A stretch of 64,000 nucleotides of DNA, from assembly GCA_030704615.1 (NCBI GenBank), contig CM060731.1, positions 66,278,001-66,342,000 on the forward strand, read 5' to 3'. Positions 37,294-50,928 of the stretch are shown here, piece after piece. A model generated the notes under the pieces. That model had not been told where the DNA came from and made no database searches. It saw only the letters and a list, made by a program, of their open reading frames with translations. The stretch is from Takakia lepidozioides. Its lineage: Eukaryota; Plantae; Bryophyta. The translations under genes and the position numbers were made by a program. The stretch's first letter is position 1. Each line of letters starts with the position of its first letter.

Positions 37294-38465
37294 CCCTCAA
37301 GTGCCCAGACTCATTCTCACCCTCTCGTGGAAAAACATGACCCTGGCCCACAAAAACATTTTTATCTGGAAAATCTCAGTGTCCCTGTAAAACTGACCGT
37401 TGGAATTACTTCCCACCTACCCCACCTCCTGCCACAAAAAGTTTCATCAAATTCCAACTGCCAGATCAGAAGATTATAAAGTGTAGAGTGGGGACAAAAA
37501 AAACTCTTCACTAAGAAATAGGTGCCACAAAAAGCAGTTTTTTCCTCGTATTTGGGCAGTTTTAATTTCTCTTTTTTTGAGAGTCTCAAGAATGTTGTAC
37601 ACACATCCTCATAATTTTTCAGTTTTTTCTGAAATGTTCTCAAGTGGGCTCCTTTGTAGTGACAAATTGGGGGTCAAAATATGCCATTTTCTTTGGGCAG
37701 GCCAAAATATCTCTTCCTAAAATTATACAAACAAATTCAGCCGTTCAATTCCTAATCCCTCCGGTTGAAGTGTCATGAACATCCATGTGAGATCCCAAAA
37801 AAAGTTTGGGACCAATCGGTAATTGCCCTCACATCTTTAGGTTCCCTGCCCAAGACTTCAAATGGCACACCTAGGTTATAGCCTGCAGGCCTAGGATATT
37901 TGGAGCCATAGCCCAGAAGGGCAGGGGGTTTGGGAGCTCCTCTGGCTTACCCGGCCCTGCTTTCATGGGGGCCACTCCACTCTCAACCCTCTCAAACCCA
38001 GCCCTCGAGCTCTTCCGCCATCGTGGCTGCACTCCCTCCAGCCCGCCCTGCGTGGCGTTGGCCGGAGCTGCCATCGCCGTCGATTCAGGCTAGGGCCCAG
38101 GCCTGGGAATGCCCAGACCTGCGCGGGCGCCATGCCCCTGCCGGGCAATGGGTTTGGGGGAGCATGCCGCCCTAACCTTAATGGGGTAACTTTCAGTCAC
38201 CCTAACCTGACCGCACTTGCCATGTCAGCAACTTGGGCAGGTTAGGGGGGGCAATTTGGCCTCAAAAAGCTGAGTGTGCCCCCTTCCAATTGGTCCAGAC
38301 CCATACCCCTTCAGGCATTGACCAATTGGCCAATGCCATATGAAGGGGGACCCAATTTTCTATCGATTGAGCCCAGAAAATGCCCAATCAGCCTTAACCA
38401 CATGAAGTTATGGCTGGTTAAGCAAACCCAATCGACCCAGAATGGGTCGTTTGGGCACTTAAGGG
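37294..38465. mobile_element. Non-autonomous piggyBac-like element (1172 bp) with TTAA target-site duplication
   Basis: TTAA (37290-37293) + CCCTCAAGTGCCCAGAC ... GTTTGGGCACTTAAGGG + TTAA (38466-38469). The 17-bp TIRs have 2 mismatches and CCC/GGG termini. No transposase ORF inside. Confidence 0.8.
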
Positions 38466-39389
38466 TTAAGCACAGGATCAATTTGCTTGGCAAGTAGATT
38501 CAATGTTGTTAAATAATAGGTGCTCTTTCAATGAAATGGATTATTTTGTACAAGCTTGTTCTTATTTCTACCAAATTTATTTCTCAGTAGTAAACGGATG
38601 AGATGGATAATAATAAAAAACCCCATTGATCCTGCACCTTCGCCGGCAAGTTTCACAATTTTTACTTCCGTGTGATGTCACCATAATTGTTTTGAGATAT
38701 TGCGCATGAGGTAAAAACCCTCCCAAACAGCATCTGATGTCCATCATAGGTTCAACCACCGGTCCCCCCGGAAGTCCCATGTCTCCCTAGGGTCACTTTA
38801 GACTTTGGACCTGCGACCATGAAACCTCCCCGACCAATTTGGGTCCAAATCTTGGCCCCTAGATGCATGTTTGAAATATTAATATCCTAGGGACCAAAGT
38901 TGATGTGTGTAAAGGCCTTGACCAAGACCAAGAAAACCCAAAATGAGCCCTACATATCACCTTCCATCACATTCACCTTTTTCATTCAACCTTCAAGCTT
39001 GACTCTCACTGTGGTCATTAAAAATTATGTTTCCATGTTTATTCAAGGTCTAAGAAGGCCAACAATCTCCCCCCATAATCGCCACCTAGATGCCATATCA
39101 TTCCTAATTCTCTTTGGTCCCTACTGTAAAGCCAATATGACCGAGAAATGCCCTTGACCAAAAGAAGAGTCGTATTTTGAGTTGGTCTTGGTCCCTAGTC
39201 TAAAGTGGGTGGATACTATCGACCAAGAGGACAAACAGATCATAACATTGACATGTAACATACACTTATATAGCTTTGAACCCAGCCTTGCGCCCTAAAG
39301 TACAACAAATTACTGTTAGGTTTTTTTAATATCATTGCTCCAAGTTCATAAAAATTTCATAGAGGCATTACTACAAATCTAGAAAGTCC

Positions 39390-40460
39390 ATTTGCTAAGA
39401 AATTCATGAGATACATACATGGCAAGAGATACAATATGAGAAGCAGTCGAAGTTCAAGAATACTACCTCCAACAATTTTAGATCAATTTTGGACACAGTT
39501 ACAGCCAGCGGCAGCTTACCGTTCCTACCCAATTGACCGCAAACTAGGTCAAAAGAAAAAGGTGAGGGACAACGGTGTGGAAGCATGAGTGGGACAAGTT
39601 GGTAACCATAGCCAAGTTCCTTGACCAATATCATAGACCACAACTATAAACAAGTCTAAAGATGCCCATCTTGCCACAAACAACTGGTTGTCAATCACCC
39701 AAATACCTCTCACAAATAAAAATTTGCACGAATTTCAGTAGGAAATTTGAAATTTGAAACCCATTGTTGGGTTCTATAATTTAGCTCGAATATGTCGTGA
39801 TTTGACACATGTTTATACAGTGGGCAATCCATTAGCAAGTGATCCTCACACCCTGATACAAGTAAAATTTGCCCATATTCGGCTTCTCGCTCCACACCTT
39901 TTGTTCTCCTTTGTATGATAGCAAAAGACAACAGTTACTTTCCAATTTCTGAGCCACTAGATTAAAAATCCTTTATAGACAACATTTGGTTGTCACCATT
40001 TGGCTCGGAGACTAATATGCATTTGGGGAACTTCCCACCAAGTTTATTTCCATGAACTCAACATTGCATCATAGATCTTAGAAGTACAATATTTCTTGTC
40101 CTCGTCCTAAAACGCTTGGTTTCCTGCAACATAAATCTCGTATGTCTTTGTGGTTTTATCAATTAATAGTTGCACTACATCTGCTGAATTTGACCACTGG
40201 CCAATCATACGAGGTAGAACTTTCCATTCCTTAGTAACCAGGTTCCCAAAGGTAAGACAATTTGAGAATCTCTTCTCTTCCCTTAGATCCATACTTTTTG
40301 TCATGTTTAGGTACACAAGAGACCATCTGTCTGCCCACAAACAAACTTCAAGGTATGAAGAGGGGCATGGATTGATGGCATCATCTGCCATCGAGTTGTA
40401 CAAGCCGGGCCACTGGTCAAAGCATGTCTTCAATCCATACACTAATGGACGAAAGACATG
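39390..40460 (-). pseudogene. Decayed gene fragment resembling the C-terminal beta-propeller region of plant F-box proteins
   Basis: GNLVTKEWKVLPRM...VQLLIDKTTKTYEIYVAG resembles the (V)NPxTxxW+xLP and YK(V/I)xxAG patterns. Many stops; no F-box motif seen. Confidence 0.4.
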
Positions 40461-41242
40461 AAATGCTTACACACCAGCCCTTTTTTTTTTTCCATTTTGG
40501 CAAGGGCGCTCCAGTGGCGATATATTTTGGGGGGTGAGTGCAGAGGTGGCGACACGTCTTATGTCCACCTAGAATCCACCTAGCTACACATATGACAAAT
40601 ATTGTGCAATATGGCGAATTTTTCATAACTAAAGAATATTATGCAGGCGACACATGTCAAATTGAGGCAGAAATATTGGGCGAAATTCCCTTTTGTATTG
40701 TGGCAAACTGGCTACCATGAAAAAACCAAGGTAGCACTTCGGGCACCATTGCCCAAATTCATAGAGCAAAATGGCACCACTCATTCAAATGAAAAAACAT
40801 AGTCTCAGGCACCATAGCCTAATTTCAGACAGCAAACTGGCAGTATTGTCATAAGATAGAAACTGAAGGAGGTAGACACCATAGCCCACTTAAATGATAG
40901 TGGGCACTGGACAAACAAGTCCAAAATGCATCCGAGCCACCATGGCATGAATAGAGGAACAAGTCTAAATGCCCAATGTGAACCGAGGGAATCTCACTAT
41001 ACTTGCAGAAATGATGGAAACAAAAGGAGGAATCACCGTGATTGAGGTAGTTTTCTTTTTTTTTAAACATAATGGTTTTGAAAATAGATATTATCTCAAC
41101 AATTATTTTTTACCTCTCTCAAAAACTATTGTTGAGGTAATTTTCTTTTTAAAAAAACATAATGTTTGATATATGATAAAAGATAGCAGATATATTATAA
41201 TTTTTCTGCTCTATAGGCATAACAATTATCTAGGGTCGACTA

Positions 41243-41660
41243 TAACAGCACCCTCCTGGCGTCAAACCTCAGCACCTCGCGATTGAAGCAGGCGACACCA
41301 TCTCCTCGGGCAACGCAGCGTTCTAGCGACGGCCAGCCCCTCCACCCCGCTCTGTCTGGCGATCTGATGGTGGAGGGTGGTGCACAAAGCGAAATCTTGC
41401 TGCCCCCGGCGCGATGGGGCGCCAGCCCTTAGGCGCCGTGCCCCCCGTTCTTGCCAAGCATTAGATGGGGCCCTGGAGTTGAATGCAAGGGAGCCGGTTC
41501 AGCCAGCATGGACCCCTCGCCACCCCACGTCCACCCCCGCCTCCATCGCCCACACACCGCGCGGCACGCCCTCCCGTGCCTCATGTCCCGCTGCTAGGAC
41601 ATGAGACGTGCCCTCATGCATGGCCTCCATCCCCCATGCATGCCTTCATCCTCCCCATGC
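41243..41660 (+). repeat. GC-rich repeat, left arm of a long inverted pair with 49733-50160
   Basis: ccaagcattagatggggccctggagttgaatgc..gggagccggttca and tcatgtcccgctgc.aggacatgagacgtgccctc occur reverse-complemented at 49733-49980. Both arms begin taacagc(a)ccctcct. Confidence 0.8.
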
Positions 41661-42159
41661 TACATGGTATCCCAAGCATACATCATTCCCTCTTTCAAAA
41701 ATCATTCTAACATCTATTCAAATTTCAAATGGCAAATCTGAAGAAAGAATGGACGTTGGGATAATATATGCCACGTCGTCACATACACTGCCACCCAAAT
41801 CCAGGGTTTTGCTACCCTCATCGTGCATTTCCTCGTATATCAGTTCTATCCATGCCTTCCAAACGCGTCCCCACCTTGGCACTTTGCGTTCACCTTCCAT
41901 ATTGAATTGTGTTTGTACGTTGCCCACATATGTTGCATACCATTGTAAGTTGCAATCGTGTGGATGTCTGGCCCACCTGAAGAAGTTTGTGTTTGCATAG
42001 GGTACAATTTGTTGTTTGATGCATGAATTTCCATTGCAGCTATACATGCCCACAATCTGCCAGCAGAACAAAAGAGTAGGAGGTTTGTGTGAGGATAGGG
42101 CAGGGAAAGAAGATATGCGCAAACTCAGAAGGAGTTTGTTTTGAAAAAATCCCTAAGCG

Positions 42160-42781
42160 AGATGTGATCTCTTGGAATGCCATGATTGCAGGATTAGCTC
42201 GGCACGGGCAAAGTGAAGAGGCTTTTCGTTACTTCTGAAGTATGCAACAAGAAGGCTTGAAGCCCAACAATGTCACCTTCATGAGCATCCTCAATGCATG
42301 TGCCAGCCCCGCGGCTGTGGAACAGGGCGAGCGGGTCCATGCCGAAATCAAGACAGCTGGATTTGAGTCAGATCTCCAAGTAAGCAATGGCGCTCTTATC
42401 AGCATGTATTGCAAATGCAGGAGTATAGTGAATGCGCACCAAGTTTTTGACAATATGCATACACAAAATGTGATTTCATGGACTGCGATGATTGCAGGAC
42501 TAGCTGAGGAAGGGCATAGCGGAGAGGCAATTGAATACTTTCAACAAATGCAACAAACATGCGTGAAGCCCAACAAGGTCACCTTTATGAGCATCCTCAA
42601 AGCATGTGGCAGTCCAGCAGCTGTGGAACAGGGCAAGCATCTCCATGCGAGCATCATCAAGGCTGGATTTGAGTTAGATCTCCTTATGGGCACTGCCCTT
42701 GTCAGCATGTACTACAAGTGTGGGGATGTGGTGGGTGCAAGCCAAGTGTTTGACAAAATGGCCAGGCAAGATGTGATCTAA
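42160..42781 (+). pseudogene. PLS-class PPR fragment
   Basis: ORF 42242..42781 carries clear P-L-S motifs (EGLKPNNVTFMSILNACAS, ALISMYCKC, NVISWTAMIAG) and is truncated at both ends. Confidence 0.85.
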
Positions 42782-43049
42782 TGGAAACTTCAAAACGCCC
42801 ACAAGAATCTCCACGAGATTATCGACAAAGGAAGAGAAGTAAAAATTCCCACTACTAGCCACTAGATATAAGATTGATGCGGTGATAGGCATGCATATAT
42901 ATGTATGTAGGTGGGTCACCATATCGCAGTCAAGGGATGGATCCGTCAAGCCCTGGATCAATCTATGCAACTCATTCCCTAAACTTGGTGTCGATGTAAC
43001 GACTGGTGTACACATCATGTTATCTACTTCGTTTGGTCTAGCGTTGTGC

Positions 43050-43165
<116 letters not shown>

Positions 43166-43599
43166 TAATTCTATGGAAAGCGTGTCCCAATAACATCGGA
43201 TAGTGGGAACTTCCATTTATGATTCAGAGGAGTTTCTATGTAGGCTGACCAATAGGCATAGAACGAGCCTTGCAGGAGTTCTCATATCTTCACATTAGGG
43301 GCACATGCTTGGTAAGGTGAGGCTATCTTCATATGGTTGTGACAAGAGCTGCATGGTGAATATACGACATCTTGTCTTCAATGGCTTAGAGTAGTAACGA
43401 TTCGTTGTGCGTAGTGAATAAGTAGTTTACCATTGCTATCAGTAGGTTCTTCTTCCTTTTTGCAGGGCATCACAGTTGTCCGCTTTTGTTTGAATCAGGC
43501 CCATCCACTGTGACCACTTCTTTTAAAAGAAAGACCAGGAGATGGGGGCAACACGAACTTTTCTGGCATGAGTGGGGATGTGAGGACAGTATGTAAGGG

Positions 43600-46392
43600 C
43601 GGACAACTGAATGAGGCATGCACATTTTGAGCCAACAAGGCATTTTGGCAGAGTCCAATGCTTACATCAGTCTCTTGCAGGAGTGCTGAAAAGTCTAACA
43701 GAGGGAAAGCAGGTGCATGCCAACATTGTCCGAAGTGGCTTCCATCCAAACATCTTTCTGCTGAACACCCTTGTCAACATGTATGCAAAGTGCGGGAGCA
43801 TGAGGGATGCACGCCATATATTTGACAAAATGGCTGAACGAGATATGTTTACTTGGAATATAACGATAGCAGGATATGCCAAGCATAGGTGCAGTAGGGA
43901 GGCTTTTGAGATCTTTGAGCAAATGCAACGGGAAGGGGTGATGCCAGACAAGGTCACATTCATTTGTGTTGTCAACGCATGTGCCAACCTAACAGCCCTG
44001 GATAAGGCCAAAGAGGTCCATGCTCACATCATCAAAGCTCAGATTGACATGCCAGATTTTATTCTGCAAGTGTTCAATAATATGGTTCAACGAAATGTAG
44101 TCTCATGGAATGCAATGATCACAGGGTATGCTCAGCATGGGTGTGGTAGAGAGGCTTTGGAGATCTATAAGGAAATGATACATGAAGAGGTGATGTGGAC
44201 AGGGTCACATTTATTTGCATTCTCAATGCATGTGCCAACCTGGCAGCCCTGGAAAAGGGGAAAATGGTCCATGCTGACGTCATAAAAGTTGGGATTGGAC
44301 CAGATATCATTCTGGAGAGTGCCTTGGCGAACATGTATGCCAAATGTGGGAGCTTGAAGACTGCACGGAAAATGTTTGACAAAATGGCTCAAAGAGATGT
44401 GGTCTCATGGAATGTCATGGTCTCAGGATATGCCCAGCATGGGTCTGGTAAGGCTCCTTTGGAGATGTATGAGCAAATGAGATAGGAAGGGGTGAAGCCT
44501 GACAGAGTCACATACATTTGTGCTCTCAATGCATGAGCCAGTCTGGCAGCCCTAGAAAATGGCAAAGAGGTTCATGCTGGTGTTGATAAGGCCAGAATTC
44601 TTCCAGATATTCATCTAGAGAGCGCCCTTGTTGACATGTATGCCAAATGTGGGAGTATGAATTATGCACGCCAAGTATTTAACAGTATGGCTCAGCGAAA
44701 TGTGGTATCAGGGAGTGCAATGATAGCAGGATATGCTCAACATGGATATGGTAGGGAGGCATTTGAGATCTATGAGCAAATGATATGGGAAGGGGTGATG
44801 CCTGATAGGGTCACATTCACTTGCATTCTCAATGCCTGTGCCAGTCTGGGAGACCTGGAAAAGGGCAAAGAGGTGCATGTTGACATCATGAAAGCTGGAA
44901 TTGGGCTAGATTCCATTCTAGAGACTGCCCTGGTTAATATGTATGCCAAATGTGGGAGTATAAAGGATGCACGTCTAGTGTTTGACAGTATGGCGCAAAG
45001 AGATGTGGTGTCATGGAACGCCATGACTCAGGATTTGCACAGCATGGGTGTAGTAGCGAGGCCTTGGAGATCTATGAGCAAATGCTGCAGAAAGGAATGA
45101 GTTGCATTTCTCAATGCATGTGCCAACCTTGCAGCCTTGGAAAAGGGAAGAGAGGTCCATGCTGACATCAGCAAGGTGGGCATTGTGGCAGATACCATCC
45201 TAGAGAATGCCCTTGTTGACATGTATGTGAAGTCTGCACATGATTAGTTTAGCAAGGGCAATTCCAAAAGGCAACTGAATTCTGGCAGCGAATGCAACGA
45301 GAGGGCTTGAAGCCAAATGAGATCACCTATTTGAGCATCCTCAATTCATGTGCCAGCCCACTAGCCCTGGAATAGGGCAAGTGGCTTCATGCGGACATTG
45401 TTGAGGCCGGACTTGAGTCGGTTGGCCAGGTGGCCAATGCCCTTGTCACCATATATTGCAAGTGCAGGGATTTTCTAAATGCATGCCAAGTGTTTGACAA
45501 AATGCCCGAACGAGATGTGTTCTCATGGAGTGTGATCATTTCAGGGTCATCTTAGCAAGGAGGTGGTGCGCAAGCATTTGATTTCTATTGGCAAATGCAA
45601 CAAGAAGGTGTAAGCCTGACTAGATCACTTTCATTAGTATCCTTAGCGCATGCTCCAAGTTAGCAGTCTTGCATGAAGGGAGGAAGGTCCGTGACCACAT
45701 GGTGATCAATTCTGGATTTGAGTCAGGTGTCTCAGTGGGTACTACTCTTATTGTCATCTATGTCAAGTGCGGGAGTCTGGGGGTTGCAAGACAAGTGTTT
45801 GACAAAATTATTGGAAAGAACACAGTGTCATGGAATGCTATGATTGTAGGATATGCCCAGCATGGTTTCGGTATTTTGGCCCTAAAACTCTTTGAAGGGA
45901 TGCAACAGGAAGGGGTGAAACCGACCAACGTCACTTTTATTGGAATCCTCTCTGCATGCAGTCATGCGGGCCTACTAGATGAGGGTTGTCATTTCCCTTC
46001 TATGAATTAAGTTCATGGTATCACACCAACAGAGTTAACTATGGCTGCATGGTTGACCTTCTTGGCCATGTAGGGCCGTTGGATGAAGCAGAGGACTTTA
46101 TCAGCAACATGCCAATCAACCCTAGTGCTTCAGTGTGGGGGGCTTGCTTGGCACCTGCAGAATCCATGGCCATGTGGCGCTAGCAGAACAAGCTGCATGT
46201 CACATGTTCAAGTTAGAACTGGACAATGTTGCACTGTATGTGCTGCTTTCAAATGTCTATTCTATGGCTGGAAGATGGGGTGATGTAGCCAAGGTGAGAA
46301 AAGCAATGGAGGAGAGTGGTGTGAGAAAGAAGTTGGGGAAAAGCTGGATTGAGGTCAATCATAGGGTACACACATTTGTTTCAAGGGCATAG
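43600..46392 (+). pseudogene. Near full-length PLS-class PPR gene with E/E+ extension, disabled by many stops and frameshifts; no DYW domain visible
   Basis: Successive PLS triplets across ORFs 43611, 44195, 44636 and 45669, then ILSACSHAGLLDEG, YGCMVDLLG, LLGTCRIHG, YVLLSNVYSMAGRW and SWIEVNHRVHTF. Confidence 0.88.
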
Positions 46393-49300
46393 CTATTTTA
46401 GATACCCATCCTTATAGTAGGTGGGTGTACGATTGTCAACCCCCATTGTTCAATGTGGGAGGGAGAGATGGTAATGGACTCAGCAAGTGACTTGCTGCAC
46501 TGGCTCAACTGGCACATTAAATCTATTTTTTTGGCGGGATCATGCACCCATAAAAGGTTTTCAAGTGAATTATTTGACAAAAATGTAGCATGTCTGGTTT
46601 TCCTCGCTTCCACTGAGATATTATGCTTATGTTCATGATATGCATACAATGTCTTTGTCACTACCTAAGAGAGTCACTTATGGAATTCCATCCTCATAAG
46701 GATGTGAAGATGCCTAAGAACATACGTGGGGCTGCTCATGGCTTCGACTGGCATGCAACAGTCTCATGGACTGTTGCTCTAGGGCCTGCGATTGTCATAT
46801 GATAAAATCATGGAATGGATGCATGCATGATTGCTTTTACATGCAAGTTGGAGAGTCACTACAACTTTGGGATGAATGAACCGTACATAATGTATATTGG
46901 GAATGAATGAAGATAAGAAGTTATCATACTATGAATGAAAACACACACAGAAAGTATGAGTGCATATGTGCATATAGTGCCTGTACACTCATGTTGACTT
47001 GTGAATGTCGTGTGCAGACTGTGCTCTTCATTTCCAAGATGAGTTGTCTGATAGAATTGAAATATTGTTCTTTGCATCCCATGTTGCGTTTGCTGTTTGT
47101 TTTATAGGTTCATTGAAAGGACTTGTTGGAAATGATAAGTTTCATGTAGAGCAATGCCTAGCCCGGAATTGGTTTTGATATGCCCAATACATGGGCAACG
47201 TACTATTTGCAGTAAGAATGAAGTAGTCGAAATCCAAGGTTCTATTCTCTTCATAGCCATGGAATTAGACAGCCTGAATCTTGTCCCCTATCACTTAGAA
47301 GCTATGTACCACATTGTTGTCAAGCATGTTCAATAACTGGGGATGAGTATATGTATATGAGAGCTCAAGTACTCTGTAAATTCATTTCTCTCTTCAAAAT
47401 CCACCTTGCTTGTTTCTGCTGTCGCATTTCACGGGATGTTCCATCGTACCAAAGACTATGGTTTGTGGGTGAGGCAATGGATGTTGGATTAGTTGTGGAA
47501 ATGTTGTTGGACAAAAATTTATTGAACAGATACGCCAAGAGAAGTATTCGTGTGCACTATGTAGATATCCCCTTTTGAAGTCTCAGACACTTCATTGCAG
47601 CCGGAGAAGCACGGAGTAGGTGATGACCCACAAACAGAGGAAGAGTATTGGGGACATCCAAGCAGCAAACGTCACAACTCTCACTAGGCCGAGATCCCCT
47701 CCATGAAATTCCTATGCAGAATTCACGACTTCATGTCTCACATGAGATAGTTGCAGGAAACGTGGGGAATATGTGGCCAGATTCCAGGGAGAATGCACTA
47801 GCAAACATTGGTGGGAATGGGTCATGGATGACCACCATGCCAACAGCCAATGTCTTCAAGCAGTTTCAGGAAGCTCCCCTACAGGTAAATCTCATCCCAT
47901 TTTGGAACCCCAAATGAGTACCAAACCTACAACCAACATACATGTGACTGAAACCATTTGGCCCTACCTTAGGCTGGTTTGTTACTGGGGTTGAAGGGTC
48001 CAAGCATTGGCTTGATGAAAAAGATCGTGCTTTTACCTCTTGTTGCCACTCACGTCTGGGCATGAGGCAAGTCACCATGCACTATCACTGTTGGTTCCAA
48101 ACGCTACCAACGATGGCTCAAAGAGTTCAAAATGAGTTGGTATCTATAACATGGATTTATTGTAGTTGGCAGGGAAATTGCTGTGATACATAAATCAGTT
48201 ATCTGTGTTGGTCTGTAAGGCTTACTAGTCCCTTGGTCCCTGGTGACCATGGGGCTCGACTTGGAATTACATCAGCAATGCCATCACCAAATTTTCTTGC
48301 AATGACCTCCATGGGCAAGCTGCCAAAGAGCATACACCTTTGGAGGATTGTGAGAGACAGTGGATGACCATAGGTGCCTAATCAATGAGATGGAGTTCAG
48401 AGGAACACATTATGGAAATGGTGCATATGGAGACACAAATCAATTTTACATTTAATTAAGATTGGGAGTGCACATAGTTTGTATGAACAGATCATTTGTT
48501 GTCTCTGGGGTTGTCTTTCTTTTGCCAATGATTCACAGGAAGCTGAAGCAAGTGGCAATACCTTCTAGCAACTTTTTAAAAATTGCAGCCAGTTTTTCAG
48601 CTTCACATGTTTGAATCATCTTCTATAACAGAGTTTAACAGAGTTTTTCAGCTTTGACGCACCAAGTTCATGGACCCTTGCCCTCGTGTAGGCCTCGCAT
48701 ATGAGGGACTCGTATTCATCAATATCATATGTCTCGCGGTATTCCCTCCGGTTCTCTATCATTTTGCTCTCCTTCATCGTGATTGCTGCGTCTGCCAGCA
48801 CTTGTAGCAGCGTGAAAACCTACACAACCAATGCCTAGCATAAATCCTCAGCAAGATATAAATGATGCGAACTGTAATTGCATGCATAGCTGCAACTGAA
48901 CCCAACCCTAAACCTCTGACAATGGTGTGCATGTCATTTATCCTAAACCCTAAACCCCAAAACATCATGAATGGACTGCAGATAATATGAAATATGTCAA
49001 TATGGAGAGTGATTATGGACCAGAGTAGTGATCTAAGTTGTTATGGAAGGAAAACAAAACAATAGAACATATGTGCACGTCCCTGGAGTGAACCATTGAT
49101 TATGGAAAGTGATGCCCGAGGTCACCTTCAATTCTTGTAATACAACATCAAAAATTGCAAAGTCAGCAGCTTTATGCCTTACCAGTCTCCCCAGGTCCCG
49201 AAAGTATTAGCAAAGTAACAAACTCTTCACCTCAGCTCCATATGAAACCCACTCTTCACCTCAGCTACATGTAAAAGCTTGCATGAAGTGCCCAAAACTA

Positions 49301-49732
49301 GCAAAACAGGCCCACTTTTGCACTTTGCTAACTACTGTAGTGAGAAAATGAGACCTGAGTCACAATATGCAGATTTGTGAACCTATGCATTCAATATATG
49401 TGAAAGAACCAACAAAGAACGATTAGGTTTCGGATGCTCATTGCAAAACTCACTTACCCGCAAAGTATAACCTGGAGGAAGAGCAGAATGAAAATCCAGA
49501 GAAGACAAACGGACAAAGTCGATCGTTTTTGGAGCGATAATAAGGACCTGCACGCAAGAAACGTTTGGAGCGCAAGCATTGCAACCTCTGAACACGGCGA
49601 AACCATCTTGCATCGTAGCAGGATTGCCCACTGCTGTCCACAAATTCGACGTGCATGACGGGACGCGGTACACCAACACCAACAATAGCAGCGAAAGCGA
49701 GAGCTGGTACGTGTATTCTCCAATGGCATGTC

Positions 49733-50160
49733 CGGGGAGGATGAAGGCATGTATGGGGGAAGGAGGACGATGCCATGCATGAGGGCAGGATGGGAGGAGG
49801 GATGGGGATGCGGGAGAGGGCACGTCTCATGTCCTGGCAGCGGGACATGAGGCACGGGAGGGTGTGCCGCGCGGCTACAACCGCGCTCTATGCGGGCGAT
49901 GGAGGCGGGGGTGGGCGGGGGTGGCGGGGGGTTGAACCGGCTCCCTCGCATTCAACTCCGGGGCCCCATCTAATGCTTGGCCCCGTTCTCAGGCGAAAAC
50001 GCAAGGTTCCCTGGTGCTTTCGGCACAAGCTAGCCGGGGCTGCACCTCGTTTGGGCGATCAATTTAGATTTTGCCCCCGGAAATCGTAAAGGGGTGCTGC
50101 GGGCCTTTTTTTTTTGTGCTATTTTGCTTTTTTTTTTCGCCTAAAAAGGAGGGCTGTTAC
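49733..50160 (-). repeat. GC-rich repeat, right arm of the inverted pair with 41243-41660
   Basis: Reverse-complement similarity to the left arm; ends aggagggctgttac. Confidence 0.8.
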
Positions 50161-50928
50161 ACACCACGAGTTGCAACCGCATAGGCCTTGCAATAAGTAG
50201 AAGAGCAAAAGAGATAGCACCCGTTTGCAAACACACCTAAACCTACAAAACATTAAATATGGGCAAGAAGGCAACAACTATCTCCAACACTTACCCAAGC
50301 AACCGTTCCCACATAGAGGCTTTCATGTAGACCATCATGGCCATGGTGTATGGTGGCTGCAAGGCTTTGTGAGAAAGTCTCTTGAACAAACATACCCTTT
50401 TTTAGGACAAAAAAATAAATACATGTCAAAATTGGACCCAAGTTGTCTTCGTGTGGAATTAATGCTAAAACAATTCAAGCATCACACTTCAGTTTCAAAA
50501 TACCAAACATTGTTGTCTTTATATATATTCAGCACTAACCATCGTATCAGTAGCTTCGTTCTTAGGTGTTGATTACATATTTAAGCAATTATTAGTACTA
50601 GACATTCACAAGTACAACAATATGTTGGTACCTTTAATCAATATTGAAGTCCACAACAATTGTTTCAGCACAAATAGTACAATTAGGGTCCAAATTTGAG
50701 ATGTAAGACAATATTATTGTTATGAAAAATATGTGGTAGTTGTCTTCTTCGATAGGTCCACCTATTGACTTTCTTTTACCTCACGATTTACCCAAGTCCC
50801 ACTCCTTGTGAGAAAATCTTCTATGTTTTCTCCAACTCATGAAAAATGATGATGAAATTCTTACCAAATATATTAAGAGTATATTAAAAAAAATCATATA
50901 ATTACAAAGAAATACAATAACTGTAAAA

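Noticed and set aside
47100-48460. Possible chromodomain/RNase H remnants of an LTR retrotransposon
   Set aside because: Only faint motif resemblance (VEMLLDK...VHY); too decayed to support a call.
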